Shown here piece after piece: positions 52,357 through 64,000 of a stretch of DNA of 64,000 nucleotides. The position numbers were made by a program, and so were the translations under genes. This DNA comes from Octopus sinensis (Eukaryota): positions 23,684,001-23,748,000 of the forward strand of contig NC_043003.1 in assembly GCF_006345805.1 (NCBI RefSeq), in the 5' to 3' direction. The notes under the pieces are model-generated. The model was not told the DNA's origin. It was given only the letters and a program-made list of their open reading frames with translations, and ran no database searches. Every line of letters begins with the position of its first letter. Within the stretch, counting starts at the first letter, position 1.

Positions 52357-52910
52357 AAGGCTGCGAGTTAGTAGAGTCGCTAGGATGCAGGGCGAAATTC
52401 TTCCGTGGCATTTCATGCGTCTTTACGTTCTGAGTTCAGATTCTGCCGAGGTCGACTTGCCCTTCATCACTTCAGAGTTGATATAAAAATACAAGTTGAG
52501 TACTATGATCGATGTAATCGATTTATGATGAATTTGGTAGACGGAAATTGAAAGAAGCCGGTCGTATGTATGAATGTATGTATGTATTATGTATGTATGT
52601 ATGTATGTATGTATGTATGTGTATGTCTGTGTTTGTCCCCCCAACATCAATTGACAACCAATGTTGGTGCGTTTACGTCCTGTAACTTGGCGGTTCGGAA
52701 AAAGAGACAGATAGAATAAGTACTGGGCTCACAAAGAGTAAGTCCTGGGGTCGATGTGCTCGACTAAAGGCGGTGCTCCAGCGTGGCCACAGTCAAATGA
52801 CTGAAACAAGTAAAAGAGTAAAAGAGTATTTGTTCGCCTAAAGGCTTCAGGTCAGTACGCGGGCATGACCGCAGTCTAATGAATGAAACAAGTAAAAGAA
52901 TAAAAAGATA
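52357..52910 (+). mobile_element. Family B SINE head/centre joined to family A body and tail, plus a second tail copy
   Basis: Family B to GATCGATGTAATCGATTTA (~52524), then family A from GAATTTGGTAGACGGAAA to CTGAAACAAGTAAAAGAG (52825); extra tail at 52838-52910. Confidence 0.8.
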
Positions 52911-53221
52911 CGGAATATTTATGCAAAACCTTTTAGAAATTTCAGACAATAGATCTACTTAATTCACAATTATAGTAACTGTCACTTTATATTTTCTTCC
53001 TCTAAAAAGCCTTTTATTTTATAATTATCGATAATTAATATTTTTTATCAGTATTTCGTGATCAAATTTCATTGGAGTAATTCGGTTCATTATTGAATGA
53101 GATTTCATCGCTTCAGAATAATAATTAGCGAAATCTTATGAAAGAAGCAAAAGATAAACCTCTTAGGCATAAGACTGAATTGTCAGGTTTGCTTTCGAAT
53201 TGCACGCAAACACACACACAC

Positions 53222-53252
<31 letters not shown>

Positions 53253-53273
53253 TACATACATACATACATACAC

Positions 53274-53304
<31 letters not shown>

Positions 53305-53428
53305 AAATATGTGTGTGTGGTGTGTGTGTGTGCGCGAGCGACGTTTGTATGCGTATTTATGTATATATGCATATATATACATATACAAATATATATACAC
53401 ATACATGTATACATATATATATAGTGAA

Positions 53429-53758
53429 GGCGCATTGCTCAGCGGTTAGAGCGTCGAACTTACGATCGGGAGGTTGTGATTTCGATTGCCGGACCGGGCT
53501 GCGTGTTGTGTTCTTGAGCAAGACACTTTATTTCACGTTGCTCCAGTTAACTCAGCTGTAGAAATGAGTTGCGACATCACTGGTGCTAAGCTGTATCGGC
53601 CCCTTTGCCTTTCCCTTGGAAAACATCAGTGGTGTGGAGAGGGGAGGCTGGTATGCATGGGCGACTGCTCGTCTTCCATAAACACTTTGCCCGGACTTGT
53701 GCCTGGGTTATAATTTCTAGGTGCAATCCCATGGTCATTCATGACCGAAGGGTGTCTC

Positions 53759-53760
<2 letters not shown>
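53429..53760 (+). mobile_element. tRNA-derived CORE-like SINE, family C
   Basis: A box TTGCTCAGCGG, B-box-like GATTTCGATTGCC, GTTGTGTTCTTGAGCAAGACACTTTATTTCAC; collinear with 12820-13142. Confidence 0.85.
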
Positions 53761-53835
<75 letters not shown>

Positions 53836-54139
53836 TTGATAGTAATGGCAGGACAACAAAACAATGAAAGAGACCTCGAGGAATTTATCTGTAAATATGT
53901 GACAATTATTCGGTAGCCACGATTAAACTCCGAGTTTCGGATGTCGGGGCGGAAACTCACGCCGGCATCTCTTCAGTTATCGGGCCATCGACAAATATTT
54001 CTTTCGATGGCCAGATAACAGAAGAGATGCTGGCATGGGATTCCGTCCCGACAACACAAATTTGAAGTTTTATCATGGCTACCGAATAATGGTCTCATAT
54101 TATATATAATATATATATATATATATATAATATATATAA

Positions 54140-54730
54140 ACCGCGCAAAGAGTTCGAAAGTGATGGAAAGAGTTGACAATCTGACGGTGCCAAGTCTGGA
54201 GAGTATGGAGGATGAAGCAGCTCTTCCCATTCCAGTTCTTGAACTGCGGCTTTGGTCATGTTGATAATGTGAGAACGGGCGTCGTCGTCTTGTTGCAAAA
54301 GAACGCCATTTCGCCTGTTGAGTCTGTTTTCTGAATTGCTTTCGTTGAGTCGGTGCAGTTGTTGAGCGGTGAGCTCCGCAGCGAGTGCTTGTTTGCGCTC
54401 CAGCAGTTCGTCATGAATTATGCCTTCCAAGACCCACTATACACACAGCATGGTTTTTGAGGATGAAGGTCTTATTTTTCTCGCGTAGTCTCCTGTTTGT
54501 CGGGGCTGAGCCATTCTTTTCGTTGCTTCATATTGGCGTAATGCACCATTTTTCATCACCAGTGACAATGCGGTAAAGAGCGACCAAACAGGTGGTGATT
54601 GTGGAGCGTTGACTTTTGTTGTTTTTACTCAAAGTGTGTGGAACCAAAGTGCCGAGTTTCTGAACCTTGCCCATAGAGTGAAGATGGTTCGCCACAGATT
54701 TTTATTACAATTTACTGCAAGGCCAGCGAT
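54140..54730 (-). pseudogene. mariner DD34D transposase fragment
   Basis: RIVTGDEKWC, LHPQKTMLCV, EGIIHDELLE, QQDDDARSH, EELLHPPYSPDLAPSDCQLF; 34 residues between second and third D. Confidence 0.9.
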
Positions 54731-54895
54731 GGAAGTGCATGTATAGAGATTTCAAAATAAACATAAGCTTTTACAATAAGATCACTCTTTCAAGGAAAGA
54801 GTACGAGCACGTAAAATACAGGCTGTCCCTCCTAATAAGAGCTGAGGGGTGGAAGTTAAAGAAAACGAAACATGCTACTACTACGCATGAATATT

Positions 54896-55514
54896 CTTTT
54901 CTACTCTATGCACCAGGCCCTAAATTTTGGGGGAGGGGGTCAGTTGATTAGATCGACACCAGTACACAAACAGGTATTTAATTTATCGATCTCCGAAAGG
55001 GTGAAAAGCAAAGTCGACCACGTTGGAATTTGAACTCAGATTGTAAAGACAGACGAAACACTACTAAGCATTTCGCCCGGCGTGTTAATGTTTCTTATTT
55101 CTTTTCTGCCCACAAGGGCTACACACAGAGAGGAAAAACAAGGACAGACAAACGGATTAAGTCGATTCCATCGACCCCAGTGCGTAAATTGTACTTAATT
55201 TATCTACCCCGAAAGGATGAAAGGCAAAGTCGCCCTCGGCGGAATTTGAACACAGAGCGTAGCTGCAGACGAAATACCTATTTCTTTACTATCCACAAGG
55301 GGCTAAACACAGAAAGGACAAACAAGGACAGACAAATGGATTAAGTCGATTATATTGACCCCAGTGCGTAATTGGTACTTAATTTATCGACCCCGAAATG
55401 ATGAAAGGCAAAGTCGACCTCGGCGGAATTCGAACTCAGAACGTAGCTGCAGACGAAACGCTGCTAAGCATTTCGCCTGGCGTGCTAACGTTTCTGCCAG
55501 CTCGCCGCCGTACC
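54896..55514 (-). mobile_element. Trimeric SINE family B insertion with 13-bp target-site duplication
   Basis: Three head-to-tail units (55514-55277, 55276-55097, 55096-54896) flanked by ACGCATGAATATT at 54883-54895 and 55515-55527. Confidence 0.85.
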
Positions 55515-56480
55515 ACGCATGAATATTATTTAAGAGAGCGGGGTTGTCATGAGGAATTTTCTCGTAGCTTTTGCGAGAGTGACCCTATAAAATCGGATGT
55601 CAGTTAACTGCGAAAGATTTTTAGGAAGACACATAATTAGATAGTTCATTATATTGAGTAGTGAACTGACATAATATTTTTTGTCGTGCAACACGTCACT
55701 ATTTGAGTTAATGTTATTTTTACTTTCTCTATTCCATTTATAATTTGCTCATATTGCTATCATTTCAATCTATATGTTTTGTGTTCATGCCGATTTATCA
55801 GCAGATACTATGTAAAATATATACGTATGTAAATTGATAAAATTACCATGACGCTTTATTATTTTTATTTTCTTCAGTAGCTAACTGCACATTTAAATGT
55901 TCTTTATGCATATTTAATTCTCGAATTAATCCCACTGGAACAGCGTTAGGAGAAAATTGCAACGCAGATCGAAATCAAAGCATACAACATCGCAGCAGTC
56001 TCTAAAGGAAAAGGATGGAAGAAAAAAATCAACAACAGGATAGATTGGAGGCGATAGGAAGACAGGTGGTGTATATATTAAATAATGTCATTATCCAGCT
56101 CTCATGTGAATTTCACACGGCGGAGCATTTTGCTTTGTAATGAAATTTAAATGTCCGTGAGTTTTGTGATACGGTGAATGCAATGGTCATAACCCAGTTA
56201 AATTTCATTATTCTTTTGTTCGGAAGCGGATTTGTTCTATGGTGCTGCATAATCTATTATAAGATCTCGTGGGGAGGGCTTTGAAAGTTCTACAGTGAAC
56301 ACCGAACAACTGCACATACGTACAAGAAATTGTAAGCGGATACTAATGATATTCTTGTCTGTTTTTAGTGTCTTCCTTGACGGCCTTAGGCGAATAAAGT
56401 ATCGACGCTAAGCTTCGGTAATTACATATCTAATTACATATTGTGATAGCACTATAATATGATAATTATATATATATTTA

Positions 56481-56532
<52 letters not shown>

Positions 56533-56534
56533 TT

Positions 56535-56582
<48 letters not shown>

Positions 56583-57040
56583 TAGATAGATAGATATGTA
56601 TATACATATATATATATATTATATATACACACATAAATATATATATATATACACATACACACCTAATATATAAAATAGACGTATGAAAATGACTGCCCAA
56701 TTTGGTTCCAGATATGGGATGCATGAATAATTTGACCTCGGATACATAATGGGGTCTTCATTTTATTTTTATATTAAATATAAATAATATTGCTTTATAT
56801 ATATATGATTCGATTCTTTAAAAAAAATGTTTTTTTCAATGTCACCTTCCGGTACTGACGTAGCAAGTGCAGCTAGCTAAAAACAGATGTGTATGCTTGT
56901 CGTAGCAGTTGTGGCTAGCTACACACATACACTTGTATGTATAAGTTCATTGATGAATGTATTTTAACCGCTTCTATTTCATTTAATTCGCTCTTGGAGG
57001 AGGGGGTTCCTCTCACACATGTATGTATACAATCGTCCGT

Positions 57041-57378
57041 GGAACTCCGTCGGTTACGAGGGAAAGAGTTCCAGTCAACGGAATAGCCTGCTCGTGAAAT
57101 TAACGTACAAGTCGCGTGTACCCTTAACGTAGTACTCGGTGAGATGCAGCGTAATACAGAGTGTAACAAGGTTGACCCCTTTGAAATACGGCTACAACAG
57201 AAACAGGAAGAAAGACTCAAAGAAATTTGTGATGAAAGAGTACAGCAGGATTGGCTACCACCTCCTGCCGGAGCCTGGTGGAACCTCAGGTGTTTTCGCT
57301 CAATAAGCACTCACAACGCCCGGTCTGGGAATCGAAACTGCGAGTCCGTTGCCCTAACTACTGGGTCATTACGCGTCC
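57041..57378 (-). mobile_element. SINE family D head/body plus tail X
   Basis: Head GGTTTCGATTCCC-like and GGCGTTGTG.GTG.TTATTGAGCGAAAA shared with the 61238 copy; tail shared with 20838, 9316 and 14317. Confidence 0.8.
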
Positions 57379-57760
57379 AAAATGTATACAATACGCCGTT
57401 GATGAATATGTATATTTAAACCGATCATATTTCATTCCAGTCGCATTGTTTTTTGTTCGTGGAGAAAATATATGAATGTCACAGATTCCTATATACTTTC
57501 ACTTTCCTTTTCACATTCCTAATAGAAACATTCTTCTAATGGTTTCTGTTGTCTTTCTTCTAAGTATTTCCGTTAATATTTATCTCTCTATCTATCTAAA
57601 TCTATATCTATCTATCTCTCTATCTGTATCTGTCGAGTACAGGAATAATTTCACCGTGTCTTCATTTATTCTTCTTTTTTAAATAATATTGCTTTCACTC
57701 TTCCCGTTCCTCATAGAAACATTCTTCTAAGGATTTGTTACTTTCTCTCTCTCGCTCTCT

Positions 57761-57798
<38 letters not shown>

Positions 57799-58003
57799 CT
57801 CAAGAGAGACAGCTGCAAAAAAACGGAAGCATGCTAAGAAAGGAACAGACTATGCACTACAGCAGCCAGAGCTTCAGAGAATGATGACAAGAGTTGTGCA
57901 TAACTGAAAAACAGTTGCGCACTGGTACTGCCCGAGCATCTCAAAGTGCTGAACAGATGTATGCGAGCCTGACAAGGAATAAGATCACCACTAGAATGAC
58001 ACT

Positions 58004-58215
58004 GATGGAATCTTCTTAGATGCTCCTGGAAGCACAGGAAAGTCACTATTGGTCAACCTGCTCCTTGCCAATGTGGGACAGAAGAAAATTATTCTGGTTG
58101 CTGCATCTTCTGGAATTGCAGCCACACTCTTAACAGGTGTAAAAAAAGCCCATTCAAAATTCAAGCTACCTCTGAACCTCATCCGAAATGATTTTCCATT
58201 ATGCAACATGTCGAA
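58004..58215 (+). pseudogene. Helitron RepHel PIF1-family helicase fragment (motifs I and Ia)
   Basis: DGIFLDAPGSTGKSLLVNLLLANVGQKKIILVAASSGIAATLLTGVKKAHSKFKLPL..CNMSK corresponds to Walker A (LDAPGGTGKT) and ASSGIAATLL..AHS.FKLP of Helitron helicases; cut by a SINE at 58216. Confidence 0.88.
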
Positions 58216-58505
58216 GGCGGCGAGCTGGCAGAATCGTTAGCACTCCGGACGAAATGCTAAGCGGTAATTCGTCTGCCGCTACGTTCTGAGTTCAAATTCC
58301 GCCGAGGTCGACTTTGCCTTTCATCCTTTCGGGGTCGATTAAATAAGTTCCAATTACGCACTTAGGTCGATGTAATCGACTTAATCCGTTTGTCTCTCCT
58401 TGTTTGTCCTCTCTGTGTTTGGCCCCTTTTGGGTAGTAAAGAAATAGGTATTTCGTCTGTGTTTATGTTCCTAGCTCAAATTCTGCCACGGTCGACTTTG
58501 CATTT
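58216..58505 (+). mobile_element. SINE family B, one full unit plus a truncated second unit
   Basis: A box TGGCAGAATCG (58226), B box GAGTTCAAATTCC (58288); junction AAAGAAATAGGTATTTCGTCTG into unit 2. Confidence 0.9.
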
Positions 58506-58506
58506 C

Positions 58507-58638
58507 CACGAAAAGATAGCGTAAACTGTACTCTAAATGGAGGTGTAGTCAAATCCTATTTTATGAACTCAACCATGATCTAAAATAAGTCGAAAGGTAA
58601 GCTACTATAAATAGGCACGAACTTTCTGGACAATCCAA
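58507..58638 (-). mobile_element. mariner 5'-terminal fragment with TIR
   Basis: Aligns with 18447-18580; ends ...CACGAACTTTCTGGACAATCCAA|TA. Confidence 0.85.
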
Positions 58639-59307
58639 TATATATGTGCACGCACACACACACAAGCATATATAATTGCATTCGACAATAACTATTAAAA
58701 TTCCTTTCACGCATATTTACTGAACGTACTGATTTTGTTATCTACAACTTGTATATGTATATACTGTTTAGTTGCCCATTATTTTTGAATAGATATCAAA
58801 GTTAAAGAAATACAAAAGAAGTGCGATGTATACGCGACTTCTCAGTTACACCTTGTCAAATGCATTGTTTAGTAAGTATCAACTATGTTCTCCCAAGTGG
58901 AAAAGTAGATACAATAAATATTTTACTGAATTCGTTTTGCGTCGAGTAAGAAAAATGTGAAGATATACTGACTTTAAAATAAAATTTAAAATATGTATCA
59001 GCATATCTTGTAGGATGGAGATAATTTTGTCACAGTCAATGTCCTTTTAAATATCTATGCTCTTGCAATGGTTATTGCTATTTAAAGCAGGACTAATGTT
59101 GCTAAGCAGCAGTTATCTAGGGAGGCAGCAGGTGTTGTCATACCGTCAGATAGACACTCTTGCGAAACCTGTCCCAACGCTGAATAACTCTCCCGATATT
59201 TGTGCGTTGACAATTGATCACAAGTACAACTGGCACCGGATAATTATTAGTTACGTCCATCAATATTTATATGATAGTTATTACAATTATTAATTATTGT
59301 ATTTATA

Positions 59308-59510
59308 CTGGTTTCCAAATGCGGCACAATGCCAGTAATTTCGGGGCTAGGGATAAGTGAATTACATAGACTCCAGTAATCAGTTGGTACTTATTTTATG
59401 GACCCGAAAAGGATGAATGGCAAAGTCGACCTCGGTGGAATTTGAACTTAGGTGACATGCTGCTAAGCATTTTTTCGGTGTGCTAATGACTCTACCAGCT
59501 CGACCCTCGC
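59308..59510 (-). mobile_element. SINE family B
   Basis: GGTACTTATTTTATGGACCCGAAAAGGATGAATGGCAAAGTCGACCTCGGTGGAATTTGAAC. Confidence 0.8.
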
Positions 59511-61237
59511 ATGGTACAATTATAGTGGTATAATTACCGTTATATGACCTTATATATGTTGGTGGATAAGAGATAAGCCATGAAAATATTCGCGTTAGCG
59601 ACATCTGCCCGACTATTTAGGGTGAGCTTTCTCTCGGCCCATTTCTGGATGAGAGTATTCACATAGCATGGCTGAAAAGAAATTAATACAAATGTAAACA
59701 CAGATCACCTATCAAAATTATTATTCCATAGATCTGTAAGAATTCTCCGCAGGGATTTTGAAGCGTGATCAGTACATAAGTGTCACCTTAGTTTTCTGGT
59801 TGTGGACAGCTGACACTTCTCAGCATACCCAGCAAAATAAGCTGAGAGTTTTAATCAAATAATAATAATACTATTGGTAATAATTTCTTGTCTCAAGCAT
59901 TACAATCGGACGTTGATTCGAAATTATGCTTCCTTTATTTTTCTGTATGTGTTTAGTTTTGCTGTAGCCTATATTTCCTTCCCCTTCAATCCTCGACGCC
60001 AATGCCTATGCAAATCTTCTTTAGGATTTGTATGTAACTCTCATGTAGCTCTGTGTTGATTTATTGCCTATAAATTGCATGAATGACTCCAGTACTCGGA
60101 TGAATTATGTTTGTTTTTCTTTATGTGGTAGTAATAATTCATTCGGAAAATATGTGAACACCATGATATTTTATTGCCCTTCGCTAAATATATTTCAACC
60201 AGGCACTAAATGGTGAAAAAAAAAAAACAGTATATTAATTTTTACATAAAAAAAATATTTACGTATATTTACGATACGAAAAGCTTTTTATACATCAATC
60301 GTTCGAGATGGTAAATTAAAACTTCAACTTCATTGAAGCACATTTTGCATTTAATCTCACCTGCTCCTATAAAATAAGTAAGAGATATATAATAGATACG
60401 TCGCAAATCAATGCATTTTACCATACCCTGCATGCTGGATGAAAGAAAAACAAACTTTCTCGTGTCTGGCCTGAAAAAATCGATACATTCACTTGCGTAA
60501 GAGAGAGGGAAAATAGCTGTCACAATCAGAGCGCCAGATATATTTAGATATGTCTCAATAAATGCCAAATCTGCAGATCTTTATTTGGGCTATTATCTGG
60601 AATCGATCAATAAATTAAATACCAGTTAGAATATGGGATAGATTAAATTGACTATATCTTTTTCTTTTACCAAAATAGACACAATTTCTATAACACAAAT
60701 CAATATCCTTATCTGGCATAAATGCTTGCATTTATCTATATTTGCTTCAAAGCACCTTTCCACGTTTCCACGTATGGATTTTTGCATTGGTTACTCTTTT
60801 TTTCTTTTTCTCTCTTTATTATATCAACACACACAGATAAACATAGACACGGAAATGTACACACTGCAGCAGACGCGCGCAATCACTTACACACAAAATA
60901 CTAATGCACACGCATATCTATGTACATATGTGTTTCCTCTGAACGTGTGGGCGAACGCTTTCGTGTATTTCTGCATTTGTGCTGTTTCTATAAATGCATG
61001 TATTTAAAATCACAGCACGCACCGATAAGAAAATAACTGCAATAGCTGAACGAACGCCAAGCTTTCGGTTTTAAATTTATGGGATTTTTACTGAACAGCT
61101 GTACATTCCAAGATTTGTGTGCGGCTGCGTTCTTACGCACTTCCGTACGTAAATACACACATACATACATTCATACACACAGATATACATATATTTGAAT
61201 ATGTGTGTGTTTGTGTATATATATATATATATATCCA

Positions 61238-61542
61238 CATTCATTTATTTGTGTACCCTTTTCAAGCCTAGCCAGGCTTATGGGCCTGGTTTCCCGGGTT
61301 CTATGGCGTATATATTCCCCCCAGCTGGACGGGACGTTCACCGTTACCCCATCGCAAGAAACAGGAAGAGAAACAGGAGAGAAAGTTGGGGCGAACGATT
61401 ACAACAGGGGGCGCCACCTCCCCCTGCCGGAGTCTCGTTGAGCTTTAGGTATTTTCGCTCAATAAACACACACAACGCCAGGTTTGGGAATCGAAACCGC
61501 GATCCTCCAGCCGCGAGCCCGCTGCCCTAACGACGTTTCCCC
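61238..61542 (-). mobile_element. SINE family D with a distinct tail Z
   Basis: Reverse complement: GTCGTTAGGGCAGCGGGCTC..GGTTTCGATTCCC..GAGCGAAAATACC; tail GGGAATATATACGCCATAGAACCCGGGAAACC differs from tail X. Confidence 0.75.
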
Positions 61543-62136
61543 ACAGGACAACAACGTTATTTTTTTTTAAGTATAAGTTTGAACGCTTAGTCAAAGGAGA
61601 GGAGTTCCATCTCAACGAAATCTCCAAGTGGTTTAAATGCACAATTCTCTGATAGTTAAGAGGATAAAAATGTGAGCAGAAGTGGACCTAGAAATCATGA
61701 CCTGAATGTGTTTCGACCCTCATAAAGCGTAAGAACTTCAGGGCCGAAACACTTGCCTGATAGGAGATACTTGAGAGATTCTTAACTCTGCTGAAAGCAG
61801 TAGTGCTGTGTTGCATGCCGATGATTGTTCAAGTATCACTCATACATTAATATATTTTAATTATGTTGTGTGCTTCATAGGCAAGACCTGCTTTGGAGCA
61901 TCTATCGTGGACAATCTATAATATTGATTGATATCGGATTAGATCTATTTTAACTTACACAAACAGCTATATTTAAGGGTAAAGCCATCCATATAACAAT
62001 TTTAATTACTGCTTGCCTATGGAATAAAGGGTTTATATTTCTAGCTTAAACATGGATATAAAACAGCGTTACTGAGTTTATTGCTGGTAAACGCCATAGA
62101 TATGGAGAGAGAACGGGAAATAGAGAGAGAGAAGGC

Positions 62137-62137
<1 letters not shown>

Positions 62138-62201
<64 letters not shown>

Positions 62202-62202
62202 G

Positions 62203-62262
<60 letters not shown>
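62138..62262. repeat. (GATA)n microsatellite
   Basis: Directly visible. Confidence 0.95.
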
Positions 62263-62692
62263 TAAGAGAAAGAGGTGGGAAACGAAGTTTAAAGAGCAAT
62301 ATAGTTAGCATCGGCTTTTCTCGCCATTTATTTTACTTAACACCGTTAAAGCTCTTTAAGGAGGAGTATGAGTTTCAAACGTTCCAGAAGTACAGTTAAT
62401 TGGAAAACAGGTAATTTATGAGTAGTTTAAAAGAAATCATTCTTTAATAACTGCAGAACGGTGCAACCTGGTATCTTTTCAGTCAAAAGGACTCGCTGCT
62501 TGTTGCTAGTTTTATCAACAGTCTCAGTTGAAATAGACTAGATTTCACTGAGTAATGCTATTCGGCAATGGGATATATTTAAACGAATATAGCAGAGAAC
62601 CTAATATTTATGAACAAGTGTTTTACATAAACATGTTTATCACAGAAGCACTAACAGCGTTATTTTGTCGTAAAGACAGGTCCTCAATATGA

Positions 62693-62895
62693 AAATGAGC
62701 TGGCTTGGTCGTTATAGCACCGGACAGGATTTATAGGGGCGTTCCATTTGACCTTACGTTCTGAGTGCAAATTCTGTCAAGGTCTACTTTGCCTTTCATC
62801 TTTTGGAGGTTGATAAAATAAGTACCATTTGAGTATTCGACTTACCACTTTCCCTGAACTTTGCGGTGCTTGTACCAAAATATGAAAGCAACATT
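62693..62895 (+). mobile_element. SINE family B, degenerate
   Basis: TACGTTCTGAGTGCAAATTC..CTTTGCCTTTCATCTTTTGGAGGTTGATAAAATAAGTACC. Confidence 0.75.
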
Positions 62896-64000
62896 AAGTG
62901 GTAGAGCGAAAAACAGAAGACAATGAAATCATGCTTGATTTTATAGTAAATATTGATTTTTACACTAGGGCAGCATCTTTTGCTTTCATTTGACAAAAGG
63001 TATTCCTAACGTGAACGCCCAGTCTATTTAGATCTCAAAGTATATAATAACGCCAATATATGCAAAGCTACGAGTATGTACCGTTTCTCAGTGAATTGAA
63101 AGTAATGTGCCAGTTATTCCCAGCACATCAACTTCAGTGTGTGTCGCATTCAGCTTCATTGTTTGCATAGGCAAACATCCACGTGCACACACATACTAAC
63201 ATTCATACATGTTATTATACGCGTGTTTTATGTATAACGAGGGGTTGTGTGTGCACATGTGCATATCTGGTACGTTATGTAAGAATACATGATACTTACA
63301 CACCTATTTCTCGTCCGTTAATCGTAGTATAGGTAATTGGCCGGAGACTTTCCATTTCCGACCAGAAGGTTCCTAGTTCGATCCCTCTTCGCATCACACT
63401 GAATAATTTCGTTTTCTATAGTCTCAAGCCGATCCGCAATTTATGAGTGAATTTGGGGCAGACGAAGCTGTATATAATCTCGCCAAGTGGATTATAAAGC
63501 CCTCTCACATGCGTCACGCTGATTCTTCCAGTGCATTATTAGGGCATATATCTCTGTCGAATAGCTAAATACTTGTTAATTCGGAAGCAGGCTATCTTCA
63601 TCGTCGAACGATGGAGATCAACCATTTTTCGCGTCAGAATATCTGAATACCTGAGCTATAACAGTATAAGAATAACGGAATACAAAAAGAAAATAAATGA
63701 AAGTGTGAATGATCATTCAAAAGCAAATATTGCGAAATTGTGTAAAACAAATGGATAGATGGTGTTCCTGATTTCTATGGTGAATAAATATCTATCTAAA
63801 ACGACATTTTTGTGCAACACCTCATCGGAGAAAGAAGAGAAATAAAACTGCCAACTGCCTTCAGCTGTGGTCTCTTGAAAATCAGTTCCATTATTAAAAG
63901 TAAAATACTCCATTTCCTATTTAGAAACGAACTTGTGATTAATGAGATATCCCATCAGTTTCTTACGGTGCAGAAACATGAATTGTAAAAGAAGCCTAAA

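Noticed and set aside
63713-63913. ORF MEYFTFNNGTDFQETTAEG as a GPCR-like N-terminal exon
   Set aside because: A good acceptor and ATG context exist, but the ORF is 66 aa with no transmembrane domain, no good donor and no linked exons.

Overview
Eukaryotic, AT-rich, repeat-dominated DNA, most likely octopus. This is inferred from the tRNA-derived SINE families, which I recall as octopus OK/OR types, and from the extreme (TA)n/(CA)n/(GATA)n/(AAT)n density. I found no intact host protein-coding gene, rRNA, true tRNA gene or CRISPR array; nearly all ORFs in the track are microsatellite artefacts. The window is a nested transposon landscape: three Dong/R4-clade RLE LINE copies, with (AAT)n at all 3' ends and both ends of the two plus-strand copies; a 2.5-kb CR1-group LINE inserted inside a SINE that shares its 3' tail; another CR1-group 3' end; an old RTE remnant; Tc1/mariner elements of three lineages (mariner DD34D, maT DD37D, rosa DD41D); two non-autonomous Helitrons and a Helitron PIF1 helicase fragment; several MITE-like foldbacks; and about 25 SINE copies built from interchangeable modules. 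The most notable signals are three hammerhead-ribozyme-shaped motifs with non-canonical cores in short (TA)n-terminated Penelope-like ends, the SINE/LINE shared tail, a trimeric SINE with one target-site duplication, a 430-bp AT-rich palindrome and closely spaced inverted SINE pairs. Coordinates were read by hand; ends of degenerate repeats are approximate.
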